This document shows positions 40,305 to 53,099 of a DNA stretch of 64,000 nt, in pieces. A program made the position numbers and the translations under genes. This DNA comes from Octopus sinensis (Eukaryota): positions 44,516,001 to 44,580,000 of the forward strand of contig NC_043004.1 in NCBI RefSeq assembly GCF_006345805.1, written 5' to 3'. Numbering within the stretch: position 1 is the stretch's first letter; each line of letters starts with the position of its first letter. The notes beneath the pieces are model-generated. The model made no database searches, had not been told where the DNA came from, and worked only from the letters and a program-made list of their open reading frames with translations.

Positions 40305-40452
40305 GTGTGCCGCGTGCCAGATAATGAAATGATCGCAGAGCAACGTGAAATGAAGTGTTTGCTCAAGAACACAACGCTCGGTCTGGTAAACGAACCAACG
40401 ATCTCGCAATCGTGGGCGCAACATGCTAACCACTAAGCCACGCACCTACACA
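40305..40452 (-). mobile_element. SINE head type D
   Basis: gcgtggcttagtggttagc...cgttgtgttcttgagcaaacacttcatttcacgttgctctgcgatc. Confidence 0.75.
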
Positions 40453-40471
40453 GGTGCATATATTTACCAAA

Positions 40472-40528
40472 GTGGAGGCGCAATGGCGCAGTGGTTAGGG
40501 TAGCAGACTCGCAGTCAGAGGATCACGG
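40472..40528 (+). mobile_element. SINE type C head only
   Basis: gtggaggcgcaatggcgcagtggttagggtagcagactcgc. Confidence 0.75.
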
Positions 40529-41399
40529 CATTATTGCTTGCAAGCCACTAATATTAATGTTATTATAATCTTTAATTATTTATAAATTTACTGCTAATGC
40601 TAATAATATCTATATGAATATCCATTCGAATATTTACTCATTTATATATATATATATATATATATCATTGCCTGGCATCCTCGGCAAGTGTCTGTTTCTA
40701 TAACTTCAGGTGGGCCACAGCCTTGAGAATGAAATTGGGACAACAGAAAAGGTTAAGTAACTCTAATAGGTGGTTTGTACCGGTAATTGTAAGGTCATAG
40801 TTTGTTGCTCAGTCTTTCACGATGATTGCTTGACGCTTATACTGATGGTACATATGTGTGTGTGGACTGCTCAGTCCCTTACACCCTAATTGATTAGGAT
40901 GGTAGTTCAGTTGACTGAACAACCGAATACCACTAGTCGTAAACGCCATTGATCCATCTACTTGTTATGTCTGTATTTCTGTCTGTGTAGAAACGAATTT
41001 GCTTGAGTAGTTAAGATGTTCGTTTCGCAATCATGGGAATTCGGGTTCAAGCTAACAATGGAACATCTTAGATAATTCTTTTTTCCTAAATCTGTCAATC
41101 TAACAAAGTCTTGATATCGAAATTAAGTTGACGATCATAGTGGAAACCCGTTGCATTTACTGTGGTTGTAAAGGAATTAGTAAAATCTGTTACACATTTC
41201 ACTAAGATGATTCTATGTCTCACCTTCCATTATGATACAATTATCTGTGGATTGATATAGAGCCACAAATAATTCAATGAGTTCATAAGTTCAGTTGACT
41301 TGAGCAGGAACAATCATCGTCGGAACCGAGAGATTAACTACTGACTTCATAAGAATGCTTATAAACCTGCAGGGAGCAGGTTTTATCGACCCCCAATAG

Positions 41400-41703
41400 T
41401 TATTATTGGTCTGTTTTGCCTAACCGATATGTTAGTTGGATGTAAACGAACCACCACAGATGTTCAAGCCTTGGAAGACAGACACAGGATCGAATACACG
41501 AGCAGACATACACACACTCACTCATGTACGCAGACAAACACACACAAACGCACACACATAGACGACGGACTTCTTTCGTCTTCCGTCTACCAAATCCACT
41601 CACAAGGATATGTTAGAAGACATTTGTCCAAGATACCACGCAGTGGGACTGAACTCGAAACTATGTGTTTCAGAAGATAACTTCCTTCCACACAGCCATG
41701 CCT
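41400..41703 (-). mobile_element. Diverged SINE type A
   Basis: ccgtctaccaaatccactcacaagg and cgcagtgggactgaac...ccacacagcca. Confidence 0.8.
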
Positions 41704-42150
41704 ACAGCTATATATTTAAATTGTTATTATTTGTCAGTTCTCTGTAACAATACTCTGCTTGTTTTAACTGCAACCAATCTCCTGCCACGCAAACAAGAAA
41801 CCTTCTCGTCTTATCGATGATTCCCGAAGCAGCTAAACCGAAGAGAGAGAGTAAAATATGGAGAAGAGCTGGGATAAGGAAATACATTTTGCTGATGTTG
41901 ATTCGATTCTGTTATATATTGTTAACCAATATATTACAGAATAGAAAATATAAAGTTCAATTTAGCGGTCAAATAGTGGGTTAAAGGTGTTCCTTGTATT
42001 GATCAAAATTTCCTCTAAAATAAGCAAATAATCTGGAATCTGGAATTTGACAACCTCATTAATTCAGTATTTGTATGGGCAGGTGTGGCGCAAATACTCT
42101 AGGTAAGAACAAAGGTTAACCCGAGCTAGCTTTTACGTGTGAATATATAC

Positions 42151-42210
<60 letters not shown>

Positions 42211-42357
42211 ATACATATATATATATATATTATATATATATATATATATAATATATATATATATATATACAAACATATATATATTATATATATATATAAC
42301 ATATACATATATATTATATATATATATATATACAAACACATATATATATATATAATA

Positions 42358-42430
<73 letters not shown>

Positions 42431-42549
42431 ACATATATATATACATATATACATATATATTCATACACATATATGATAACCTTACTTGGAATGGATGCGT
42501 GGCGTTCAATCATATAATGATATACATTTATGACGTATATGTTTATACG

Positions 42550-42586
<37 letters not shown>

Positions 42587-42589
<3 letters not shown>

Positions 42590-42890
42590 GAGGCGCAATG
42601 GCCCAGTGGTTAGGGCAGCGGACTCGAGGTCGGTGGATCGCGGTTTCGATTCCCAGACCGCGCGTTGTGTGTGTGTTTATTGAGCGAAAACACTTAAAAG
42701 CTCCACGATGCTCCGGTAGTGCGCGGTGGGGACCCTTGTTGTATTCTTTCGCCACAACTTTCTCTCACTCTCTCTTCCTGTTTCTTGAGTAACGCTGCGA
42801 TGGACTGGTGTCCCATCCAACTGGTGGGAACACATACACCATAGAAACCGGCAAACCGGGCCCATGAGCCTGGCTAGGCTTGAAAAAGGT
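42587..42890 (+). mobile_element. SINE head type C with V-domain-like tail
   Basis: Type C head, then gagtaacgctgcgatggactggtgtcccatcca, which resembles the V-SINE domain (assignment from memory). Confidence 0.85.
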
Positions 42891-42927
42891 GACGATATAC
42901 ATATATATATATTTATGTATATATATA

Positions 42928-43175
42928 TAAACGGAACCTGAAAGAAGCGCGTCGAATATGTGTGTGTGCGTATGTGTCTGTGTGTGTGTTTGACCCCTAC
43001 CATTGCTTGATATCATATGCTGGTGTACTTAAGATCCTGCAAGTTAGCGGATCAGCCTAAGAATCCGATAGAATAAGTACTAAGCTTACAGAGAATAGGT
43101 ACTGGGGACGATGTCTTCGACTAAAAACAGTGCTCCACCATGGCCACTGTCAAATGACTGTAATAAATAAAACAA
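42928..43175 (+). mobile_element. SINE type A, 3' two-thirds
   Basis: ggaacctgaaagaagc-(TG)n-...gatagaataagtact...caaatgactg. Confidence 0.75.
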
Positions 43176-43182
43176 TAGAATA

Positions 43183-43232
<50 letters not shown>

Positions 43233-43247
43233 ATATGTATATACATT

Positions 43248-43410
43248 CCTCTGTCTTCCCTTCTCTGGATATTTCCTTCACCTATGTTTCCGACGAAGAG
43301 GTCCGCTCGAAACGTTAAACTCTCCTTCTTTCCTGAGCGTCCAATAATACTATATTTGTTCCACGTCTTCGCGTTGTTGTGCTTTTGTGTGTTTTCTTGT
43401 TTGGATTAAC
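43248..43410 (+). mobile_element. Hammerhead-bearing mini-element, family H1
   Basis: Embedded between two (TA)n runs; 3' end ggattaac. Confidence 0.88.
43286..43320 (+). ncRNA. Minimal type I hammerhead motif (U4C variant)
   Basis: GUUU-CCGACGA-A-GAGG-UCC-GCUC-GAAA-C-GUU-AAAC; 3-bp stem II. Confidence 0.75.
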
Positions 43411-43417
43411 TTTATAT

Positions 43418-43469
<52 letters not shown>

Positions 43470-43949
43470 TGGATCATCCCATAGATAATGCGGTTTTTTT
43501 ATAATTTTAGTTTTCAAAATTGGGATAAAGTTCTTTTTTAATCTAAAATATACATTCCAAATATACACTTCAAGGAATTCAGAACTGCATTAAATATCCT
43601 AATAAACTAAATCAATACGAGCACGATTACTTAATAATTACTAAAAGAAAACATAATATTAATTTTAGCAATTCCCACCTTACTGACTACACTAATACTA
43701 ATATTAATAAACCCAATAATACTGACAATAAACTCCAAGAATACTTATTTATAGATAAAAATAAGAATATTAAACCAATAAGCATAAAAAATGAAAATAA
43801 TCTCATCTCCTCTAATCCCTCCAATAATAAACATAACCACAGAAATCATGTTAATATAGATAGGAACAAAATCGCCAAAAATAATCCAATACCATGTGTA
43901 AGAATAGCTGACCTCGCAAACACAACTCATCACTCAAATAAAGAAAACA

Positions 43950-44730
43950 GCAATATATTTTGATCATAATACCTTTTGGCAAACAACTAAAATCTAATTT
44001 CAATAGATCCATTACAAATATAATTAATAAAAACTTTTAATGCTTCAAATATGCAAAAATATTAAAAATATTAAAAATATTAAAAAATCAGATTTGGATT
44101 TTCCGTGACTCTAACCCTATTTAGGATAATCTCATCTTTTAACATTAAGAAACTGGACCTATGCTATAATAAATTAAAAAAACAATTCATCAAATATGCA
44201 ACTCCAGTAATTCTATAACTAACAACTACTATTATGATAATAACCCAAACTCCATTATCCCTAATAAATATAGACAAAACACCATAGTACCACCCAATAA
44301 TTTAAATTGTAATAGCTAAGACCCAGCCACTTGTGAAGTAGACAGAAATTGCAAAATGAAAGAACTAGTATACCAAGTAACTATTATTACTCATAACTCA
44401 TCTAAATATATATACATTTGTTCCCCGAAAAATTCTATAAAATCACGAATCAATAATCATAGATCTTCCTTTAATGATCCTAAAAGAGAGAATACCACAG
44501 GTGAATCAAAAGAAATTTGGCAGCTCAACAGAAACAATATTGATTACTCAATATCTTGGAAAATCCTATATTCTTTTCCCTCTTATAGATATAATAACAA
44601 ATTTTGAGGGTTATGTTTGGAAGAAAGCTTCAATATAATGAGAATGAATAGACATCTGGTTAATAATTGGGATGAAAAATTTCTTTTCATGTAAGCCAAA
44701 GACGAAATTCCATTTTATTAATCTTAAATA
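43950..44730 (+). mobile_element. Penelope-like GIY-YIG endonuclease relic (possibly Naiad-type)
   Basis: IIPFGKQLKSNFNRSITNIINKNF, CEVDRNCKMKELVYQV..YIYIC...NSIKSRINNHRSSFN...KEIWQL...DYSISWKIL and LCLEESF; decayed. Subclade is inference. Confidence 0.75.
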
Positions 44731-45325
44731 ATTCTACCCTCACCCCCACCCCCCCGTTACTTGAATTTTTTAATAACATTTCCTTTTATTCTAATATCTT
44801 CCCTGTAATAATTAGATGACCCACCATATTTTGGGCGACCCACATATTTTGGGCGAACACTTGCTCCAAATCTCCCAAGATCTCCCTTTCACTCAATATA
44901 TTTTTTTATAACTTCCTGTAGCATATAATATACCTATCTTTTTTGTAATTTATTTTATTTGCATAATATGTCCCTAACAAAACCTCCCCCACTTACTTAT
45001 TTTAGTTAATACTGTTTTATGTTACTTGCTAATCTACCTGATTTTTAATTATATTTTACAACTGATATATGTAAACATATGATACTTCCTGTTGTCCAAC
45101 TTGCATACAACCATGTCTGCATTTTTAGATATCGATCTTATTTGGCATTCTGTGTGTATACCTATTAGCTATATTGTACTTATCATCTATTTGTTACCAA
45201 CAATATGTATTTTTTATATGAACGTGTGTACATATACGAAAGTTTCACATCTGAACACACTCACACATATATATAGAGGTATATATATCACTATATATAT
45301 ATACGTATACACACACACACACACG

Positions 45326-45399
<74 letters not shown>

Positions 45400-46014
45400 A
45401 TAACATTTTTTTATATGTGTGGGTGATTATAATTATATCTATATCTCTGCGGATATGAGTATATTTATATTTGTACGCTGTTCCTTCCTTTATGTACACC
45501 TTAATCTGAAAACAACTAGAAAGCATATATCTATGTATACTGATTTGCAGATATGTCTCTCCTAACGTATTAGTATATATATTAACAATTATTTTCCCTT
45601 ATTAGACTTTTTATATAACATTATATTTGAATTACTTTGGGGGTTTTTTTTGTCTAATTATGTGCACCCAGTGCTCGTAAAAAAGTATTTCTCATCTTCA
45701 GAATGCACAATAATCTTCCATTTCATGAATATGCATTACCAACATAATACCAATATAAACTTCCTTCTCACTTTATGCCATACTAGCTTCTTAACTCATA
45801 CTTTTATTTATACATAAACATAGTCAATGTATTACATATCGATACTTATAATTTAAACCTTTTTCTCTATTCTTCCTTCCTAGCTCTACTATCTTCTCTA
45901 CAATGTTATTTTCAGTTTACATCTAATAATAAACCTCTGAATGTTCATTTTAATATTTATAACCACAGCAAGAATTTACTATCTAAACCTGTAATATTAA
46001 TATCGTTTTCTGGA

Positions 46015-46195
46015 CCGAGCGAGACCGGGCGATGCGTCACGTTCTTGAGCAAAACTCTTCATTTCACGTTGATCCAATCCACGCAGCTGGCAAAAATGAG
46101 TAACGCTGCGATGGACTAGCGTCCCGTCCAGCTGGGGAACACATATGTCATTGAAACCGGGAAACCGGGCCGATGAGCCTGGTTAGGCTATAAAA
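46015..46195 (+). mobile_element. SINE type D body with V-domain-like tail, 5'-truncated
   Basis: gttcttgagcaaaactcttcatttcacgttg...gctggcaaaaatgagtaacgctgcgatggactagcgtcccgtccag. Confidence 0.8.
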
Positions 46196-46204
46196 GAACA
46201 CATT

Positions 46205-46297
<93 letters not shown>

Positions 46298-46529
46298 GCA
46301 TTTATATATAAAAGCAACATTTATACGAACGAATATAAACATGCATTGCAGCGTAATTGTATGAGGTTGCATATGAGATAATATAAATGGGAAATTAGAT
46401 TAATATATATGCATGCGTATATCTGTCTCTATGTGTATGCAGGTTGGGAATGAAGAAGGCTTGGGCTATTGTATTAGCTTAAATCACACACACACACACA
46501 CACATGTTCACGTGCGTGCTTGCGGCAAG

Positions 46530-46745
46530 GTCATGTTTCCTTTCTGAGAGAGTGAGAGAGAAATGATGGTGTGCAAGGCGATACTAATACCATGCCTGTA
46601 CGCAATTCCATCTGAGCAGAATGGAACAAAAATGAAATGAGAAGTCTGGATCCATGACACAATTCACTGTCCGGCACAGAAATCGAATCCTGCCCACAGT
46701 ATTTTGAGACGAACACTCGAACCACCAGACCACGCCCCTTCACAC
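46530..46745 (-). mobile_element. Degenerate SINE head type D
   Basis: gtgtgaaggggcgtggtctggtggttcgag...ggattcgattt. Confidence 0.6.
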
Positions 46746-47489
46746 TTATAAAATATTAAGTATATATGTGTATGTGTGTGTGTGTGGGCGCGCGCATGTA
46801 TTATGTATCTGATTTAGTTTCTCGTTAAAGAAATATTCTAAAATTGTCTTCAAATGAAATCAATTTCTTTTTCGATGTAGTATTATTTTCTTACTCTTAG
46901 CGACGTTCCATTTTTGCATATATTGAAATGGTTGTATTGACGAAGAAACGGGCGACCATGTTTGTGATATATTTATAAGGAAGCAAGACACAAACAAACA
47001 AAAACAGAGTGAATTCTCTGGGGAAATTCTTAGTTTCTTTTCGGTATGGTTGATTACTTTATATAGATTAATGTTCCAAAGTATTACATTAAGAAAAGGA
47101 AAGCAGACACCAAAAACGTTATAGTGCCTTGACGTTTGGAACCGATCGCAAGTATGATCAGTCTTGACTACTAAATTACCATTTCGTGTTTCTTTTCTGG
47201 ATATTCTCTTATCGTGTCTATTTTATGTAGAGATTTATTCAAAGTTTTTCAGAACGAGAGAAAAAGGTAAAGGAGGAAAAATGAGAAAAGATTAAATTAC
47301 GCAATGAAAGTCTGGGATTGAAGATTCAGTGGAAGAATTATGTAGAAGTAACAATACAAAAATGTAGAGTATAGAAAATGCTATCCATAGAAATTAGGGG
47401 TTTGTAGAATACAGGAAATAGCGAATATTTAAGCACAAATATAAAAAAGGACACACAATAACAAAACATAATTACAAAGCATATACATA

Positions 47490-47896
47490 GGCGCAGGAGT
47501 GGCTGTGTGGTAAGTAGCTTGTTTACCAACCACATGGTTCTATGTTCAGTCCCACTGCGTGGCACCTTGGGCAAGTGTCTTCTACTATAGCCTCCGGCCG
47601 ACCATGGCCCTCTGAGTGGATTTGGAAGACGGAAACTGAAAGAAGCCCGTCTTATATATGTATATATATATATATGCGTGTGTGTATTTGTGTGTGTCCC
47701 CCTAGCATTGCTTGACAACCGATGCTGGTGTGTTTATGTCCCCGTTACTTAGCGGTTCGGCAAAAGAGACCGATAGAATAAGTACTGGGCTTACAAAAGA
47801 ATAAGTCCCGGGGTCGAGTTGCTCGATTAAAGGCGGTGCTCCAGCATGACCGCAGTCAAATGATTGAAACAAGTAAAAGAGTAAAAGAGTAAAAGA
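47490..47896 (+). mobile_element. Full-length SINE type A
   Basis: Near-identical to 18696-19117 apart from the microsatellite. Confidence 0.92.
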
Positions 47897-47937
47897 ATGT
47901 ATGTACGTCAATATATGTATATATATATATATATATA

Positions 47938-48102
47938 GGGGTAAAATATGAAAAATCAACGAAAATACACCTTGTAAATTTAAAAAAGGCTTTTTATGAA
48001 AGGTCATTTTTTTATTTACAATGTGCATTTTCGTTGATTTTTCATATTTTACCCTTACATTTCCTCGTGTATTTTATATTTTCTTTTTGTAACATAATTC
48101 TA
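47938..48102. mobile_element. Palindromic MITE-like element
   Basis: 42-bp inverted arms at 47938-47980 and 48013-48055 (about 3 mismatches); the longer right arm recurs inverted at 55028-55110. Confidence 0.75.
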
Positions 48103-48284
48103 TTATATATATGTGTGTGTGTGTACGTGTATTTGTATGTGTGTGAGATTGTGTGTGTGTGTGTAAGTGTGTGTGTATGTGTGTGTGTGTGTAGATGCGT
48201 GGTTGGGTCGACGCGCGCGCGTCGGGCTTTTCAGTCCTTGTTGCGCTCAACCTCATCTGGGTGTGAACGTCAATAATTCCGTCC

Positions 48285-48460
48285 AGGGAATAAGATCGAA
48301 AGTGGATGAATCGACCCCAATTCCTAGACTGATCATTTATTTCCCCATCAGCGGAAACGATGACTGCTAATGTTGACATCGGCTGGTTTTGAACTCAGAG
48401 CATCTAGACAAAGAGAGAATATTACAGAACACCTTGCCTGACGCTTTATGACTCATCCGT
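48285..48460 (-). mobile_element. Old SINE type B relic
   Basis: gaatcgacccca...tttgaactcagagc. Confidence 0.55.
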
Positions 48461-48486
48461 CTCACCAGCAATGTATACACCCGTTC

Positions 48487-48616
<130 letters not shown>

Positions 48617-48622
48617 TATATA

Positions 48623-48792
48623 GTTAATCCAAACAAGAAAACACAGAATTAGACACACCAACGCGAGGACGTGGAACAATTAAAGTATTATTTGACGCTC
48701 AGGAAAGAAGGGAAGGAGGGTTTAACGTTTCGAGCGGAGCTCTTTGTCGGAAACAAAGGAGAAGGAAAGATCCCGAGAAGGGAAGACAGAGG
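48623..48792 (-). mobile_element. Hammerhead-bearing mini-element, family H1
   Basis: 3' end ggattaac abuts a long (TA)n run. Confidence 0.88.
48720..48754 (-). ncRNA. Minimal type I hammerhead motif (U4C plus G8A)
   Basis: GUUU-CCGACAA-A-GAGC-UCC-GCUC-GAAA-C-GUU-AAAC. Confidence 0.7.
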
Positions 48793-48955
48793 AAAATTTT
48801 TTTTTGCTGGTGGTGCTCAAGAGATCACATACTTATACATATATACATGCACATCCACACATCCACACACACACGCATGTATATAAATATCAAAAAAATA
48901 AATCTGATCTTGCCTAACATCTCGCGTGACTTTAAACTATAAATGTGTGTGTGTG

Positions 48956-49009
<54 letters not shown>

Positions 49010-49158
49010 GTGAAATAGAAAGATGAATAATCTTGTAGTAGATTATCAAAAGTTTAACCGATACCTTAGTAGCAAAAATCACAGCAGTAAACAGCACGGT
49101 TGGAGGTACAACCATCTGGCGTTGCAACCGTGCGTTGGTGCGGATAATTGAAATTAAA

Positions 49159-49450
49159 ACATTATGGTGAATTGAAGAAATGGAGCTGAACGCAGATTGA
49201 ACAGAAATCGTTTTATTTCATTCTACACGTGTTTCGAAAGGCACAAATTACCAAAATCCGATTGAATAATGGGACCACATTGTGTCTTTCTCTTCGGGAA
49301 GAAAAAAGAGAAAGAAGAGAAAGACACAATGTGGTCCCATTATTCAATCGGATTTTGGTAATGTGTGCCTTTCGAAACACGTGTAGAATGAAATAAAACG
49401 ATTTCTGTTCAATCTGCGTTCAGCTCCATTTCTTCATTCACCAATAATGT
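49159..49450. repeat. Near-perfect 292-bp palindrome (~136-bp arms, 18-nt spacer)
   Basis: 49159-49295 is the reverse complement of 49314-49450 with one substitution and two 1-nt indels, by eye. Confidence 0.95.
49216..49304 (-). ncRNA. Type I hammerhead ribozyme motif with extended stem II (U4C variant)
   Basis: UUUCUUC-CCGAAGA-GAAAGACACAA-loop-UUGUGCCUUUC-GAAA-CACGU-GUA-GAAUGAAA: 7-bp stem I with one bulge, 10 of 11 bp in stem II, palindromic ACACGUGU helix III; predicted cut between 49224 and 49223. Confidence 0.8.
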
Positions 49451-49477
49451 ATATATATATATATATATATTATATAT

Positions 49478-49553
<76 letters not shown>

Positions 49554-49616
49554 TACATATACGTATTATATTTTTATACAATATATATATGTGTGTGTGT
49601 AATGTTGTGAGTTCAA

Positions 49617-49905
49617 TTCCCAGTGGTTAGGGCAGCGGACTCGCGGTCGTAAGATTGCGGTTTCGATTCCCGGACCTGGCGTTGTGAGTGTTCATTGAGC
49701 GAAAACACTTAAAACTCTACGAGGCTTCGGCAGGGGGTGGTGGCGATCTTTGCTGTCATCTTTCGCCACAACTTTCTCTCACTTTTTCTTCTGTTGGCCT
49801 GCTCACTTAGCCAGCGGGGTGGCGTCATTTGAAGGCTAAAACAATGTGAAGTGCATTGTGACCAGCGATGTGTACCAACATCTGATAGCCTGGTCTGTCT
49901 CGGTG
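49617..49905 (+). mobile_element. SINE head type C with a third tail type (T3)
   Basis: Type C body to caactttctctcact, then cttctgttggcctgctcacttagccagcggggtggcgtc..., unlike the T1 or V tails. Confidence 0.8.
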
Positions 49906-49987
49906 ATATATATATATAAGTATGTGTATATGTTTACATTTATATATATATATATATGTATATGGTTATATATATGTATATATATGC

Positions 49988-50044
<57 letters not shown>

Positions 50045-50619
50045 TATATAACACATTTGAATATTTATTTATATATCTACGTGTGTGTGCGTGTGTATGG
50101 ATGTATGTATGTATGCATATGTATATATTTTAAATAAAATTAAATATATTAAAATATAGTAAAATTTATGATATTCTTTTCTATTCTATGCATTGAGCAA
50201 ACAAATACTGCAGTTTATAATAAAAAACGAAGGAAAATTCTAAACGCACTTATGATAATAAGTATCACATTTACGTCGGTGATAGAGTCCAAAATGACGC
50301 AAGTAAAATTTCTTAGACACATTTCTCACTTTACTTGAAGACACTTCAGCTAAAAGAGAAATGCTATATAAATGAAAGCATTATAATCGATAGTTGTGGA
50401 CGATATAATGTCTAGAAATATCCACTATAAATAGAAGTAAGCTCCTTTAGGGAGCTGTATAAACTAAGTCGTCATCAGACATTCTTACGCTCAAATGGTG
50501 CAGTCATGTATTTAATGATGTTAATAGCCAAAGAAAAATGCTGTAGTAAAAAGTTAAGGCAAGCATCGACGTAAAAATAAAATAAACGAACAGCGGAAAT
50601 AACCGACACTCCGTCGGTT

Positions 50620-50923
50620 TTCTTTGTTTCTTCTCGAGCCATGCCAGGCTCATTAGGGCCGGTTTCCCGGTATCTTGGCGTATAGGTTCCCCACCTGGAC
50701 GAGACGCCGGTCCGTCGCAGGTGAGCTGCAAGATGCATGAGGAAAGAGTGAGAGAAAGTTGTGGCGAAAGAATCAGCAGAAGTTTCGCCATTACCTTCTG
50801 CCGGAGCTGCGTGGAGCTTAGGTGTTTCGCTCATAAACACACACATCGCCCGGTCTGAGATTCGAACCCGCGACCCCTCGACCGTGAGTTCGCTGCTCTA
50901 ACCACTAGGCGATGTTCCTCCAG
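50620..50923 (-). mobile_element. SINE head type C with V-like tail and 13-bp TSD
   Basis: TSD cactccgtcggtt at 50607-50619 and 50924-50936; inserted in the 3' end of the next SINE. Confidence 0.88.
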
Positions 50924-51238
50924 CACTCCGTCGGTTACGACGACTAAGGTGCCAGTTGATCCGATCAACGGAACAGCTCGCTTGTGAAATCAACGTGCAG
51001 GTGGCTGAGATCTCCACAGACACGTTTACCCTTAACGAAGTTCTCAGACAGATTCACCGTCGGGACTGGGCTGGTCCTTTGAAATACTGATACTACACAT
51101 TTTTGCCAGCTGAGTGGACTGGAGCAACATGAAATAAAGTGGCTTTGCTCGAATACACAACCTGTCGCTGGGAATTGAACTCACAACATTACGATCGTGA
51201 ACCGAATACCCTAACCACTAAACCACGCGCCTTCACAC
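50924..51238 (-). mobile_element. SINE head type D with tail T1
   Basis: gtgtgaaggcgcgtggtttagtggttaggg head; tail gttgatcggatcaactgg...gtcgtcgtaaccgacggagtg shared with 35868-36252. Confidence 0.85.
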
Positions 51239-51819
51239 AATGCTGATGCTTTAAACACTGATGTTCAAAAATTTAAAAAGTTCACAACATCCTTTCTGTC
51301 TTGGGGCTCAAATTTCATCTGAAATATTTCTAGATCTAAAACACTGACTTTGATGACTTACTCTACAAATTACTGATATTAAAATAATTACTCTGTGATA
51401 TCGCTCCACAATGCTCCCCAACGATTTAGTAACTTTAAATGGATTTCTTTCCAATACGAGATATAGGAAAGAATTGCGCTTAAAATTACCAAATGGATAG
51501 GAACCGTTGTGGCATTTTTTTTTTTTACTCTAGAGGAAGAGGCATCGTCCATTAGAGGAAGTGGCTCTCAGAAATCGGTGAGCTTGTTGTCAATAATATT
51601 CTTAATTGTTTAATAATAGAAATCGTTAATTGTATGACTGGAAGATATTTGTTAAAATAACAAGTATAATTGCTCCCTTAATTATGTGTCACTCCAGCGG
51701 TGAAAATTTAACAAGACTGGATGGAAAACATAACGTTTGCCAAGATTAGATTAATTATCTAAAGGTTATCGTCAAGCTTAGCGGTCAAACCAAACAACTG
51801 GCAAAACAGAAATACATGT

Positions 51820-52370
51820 CATTCTAGCTTAGGCCACACCTGTAAGGAAATAAGTATTACCCGACTTAATTTGCCATATTCTGAACGCCTTACTTCCCTG
51901 GGCATGGATACATTGAAACTCCGAAGTCTGGCAGCTGACTTGGCAGACACCCATAAAATTATTAACCATCTTACGAACAATAACTCTGAGCACCTTTTCA
52001 AACTCCACCTGTCTAACACCCGTGGACATGTTTACAAAGTCAGAAAACAGCGCAGCTCCCATGACTTTCGGAAACACTTTTTCACGCTAAGAGTTGCTGA
52101 AGCATGGAACAAACTGCCGGCATAAGTTGTTAGTTGCCGGAGTACTGCATCCTTCAAACTTTCCATGCTTCCTGAGATTCGCCAACGCTACACCTGATTT
52201 TCTCCCCTCTATAAACACGCAAGCATGTATCTGACTCATACACTGTTCACTCCCCAGACATTGTACATTACTGCACATGCTTTATACACACTTTTGACAA
52301 ATTGTGGTGCACCTGAGCACTGTATACAATAATTTCATTACTATTATTATTATTATATTATTATTATTAT

Positions 52371-52408
<38 letters not shown>

Positions 52409-52420
52409 TTATTATTATTA
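51820..52420 (+). mobile_element. CR1-type LINE 3' end (5'-truncated) with (ATT/ACT)n tail
   Basis: PYSERLTSLGMDTLKLRSLAADL...TRGHVYKVRK...RKHFFTLRVAEAWNKLP is the typical CR1 C-terminus. Confidence 0.88.
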
Positions 52421-53099
52421 TTAAGAGTACTACTCGACAGTGTGTTTATATCCACTGTGCTTCATTAGTATTAATTTTGTCGATCTCTATAAAATTGCAA
52501 GTCGAATTCGACCCAATCACGGTCCTTAGATTCAGCAATAATTCCATTCAAATCTGTCTAGTGTGGCGAAATAACGACTGGCCTTTAGCATTTAAACTAG
52601 CCGTATATGGGCAAAATATACTAGTTGTTTTTTATTCAAATCATCCGGATCCATCTTCACACACGTACCCTAAATTTCCACTCAAAGAATAAACAAACCC
52701 GTTATCGTAATCTCGAAACTATAAGATAATGCATCATTAACTCACGACAACGTGAAGCTAAAGCGGAAGATGAACACATCACACAAAACCGTTCCGTAAA
52801 CACTGTATACGAAACAGATGTAAAGACTTGTCCGGTTCGGGACTACCTGGACCTAAACAAAAACTACGCAAATTAACTATGTTATTAAAGTTAAGGTAAA
52901 GTGTAATACAAGGTCAATGCTAACACGAGAACCCAATCGTTGAAACTACAGTTTAAAATATTTATATCTTTTAATTTTAATTTCGCCTCATAAGCAAAAG
53001 AATAACTATACAATCCTACCACACGGTACTTAGTGGAGGTAGGTGTAACTCAGTCGACTTCTACTAGAGTTTCAGAGCAGCTAATACCTTATGGATGAC

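Noticed and set aside
52795-52830. GAAACAGAUGUA half-hammerhead on the plus strand
   Set aside because: No recognisable CUGANGA core or stem II upstream.
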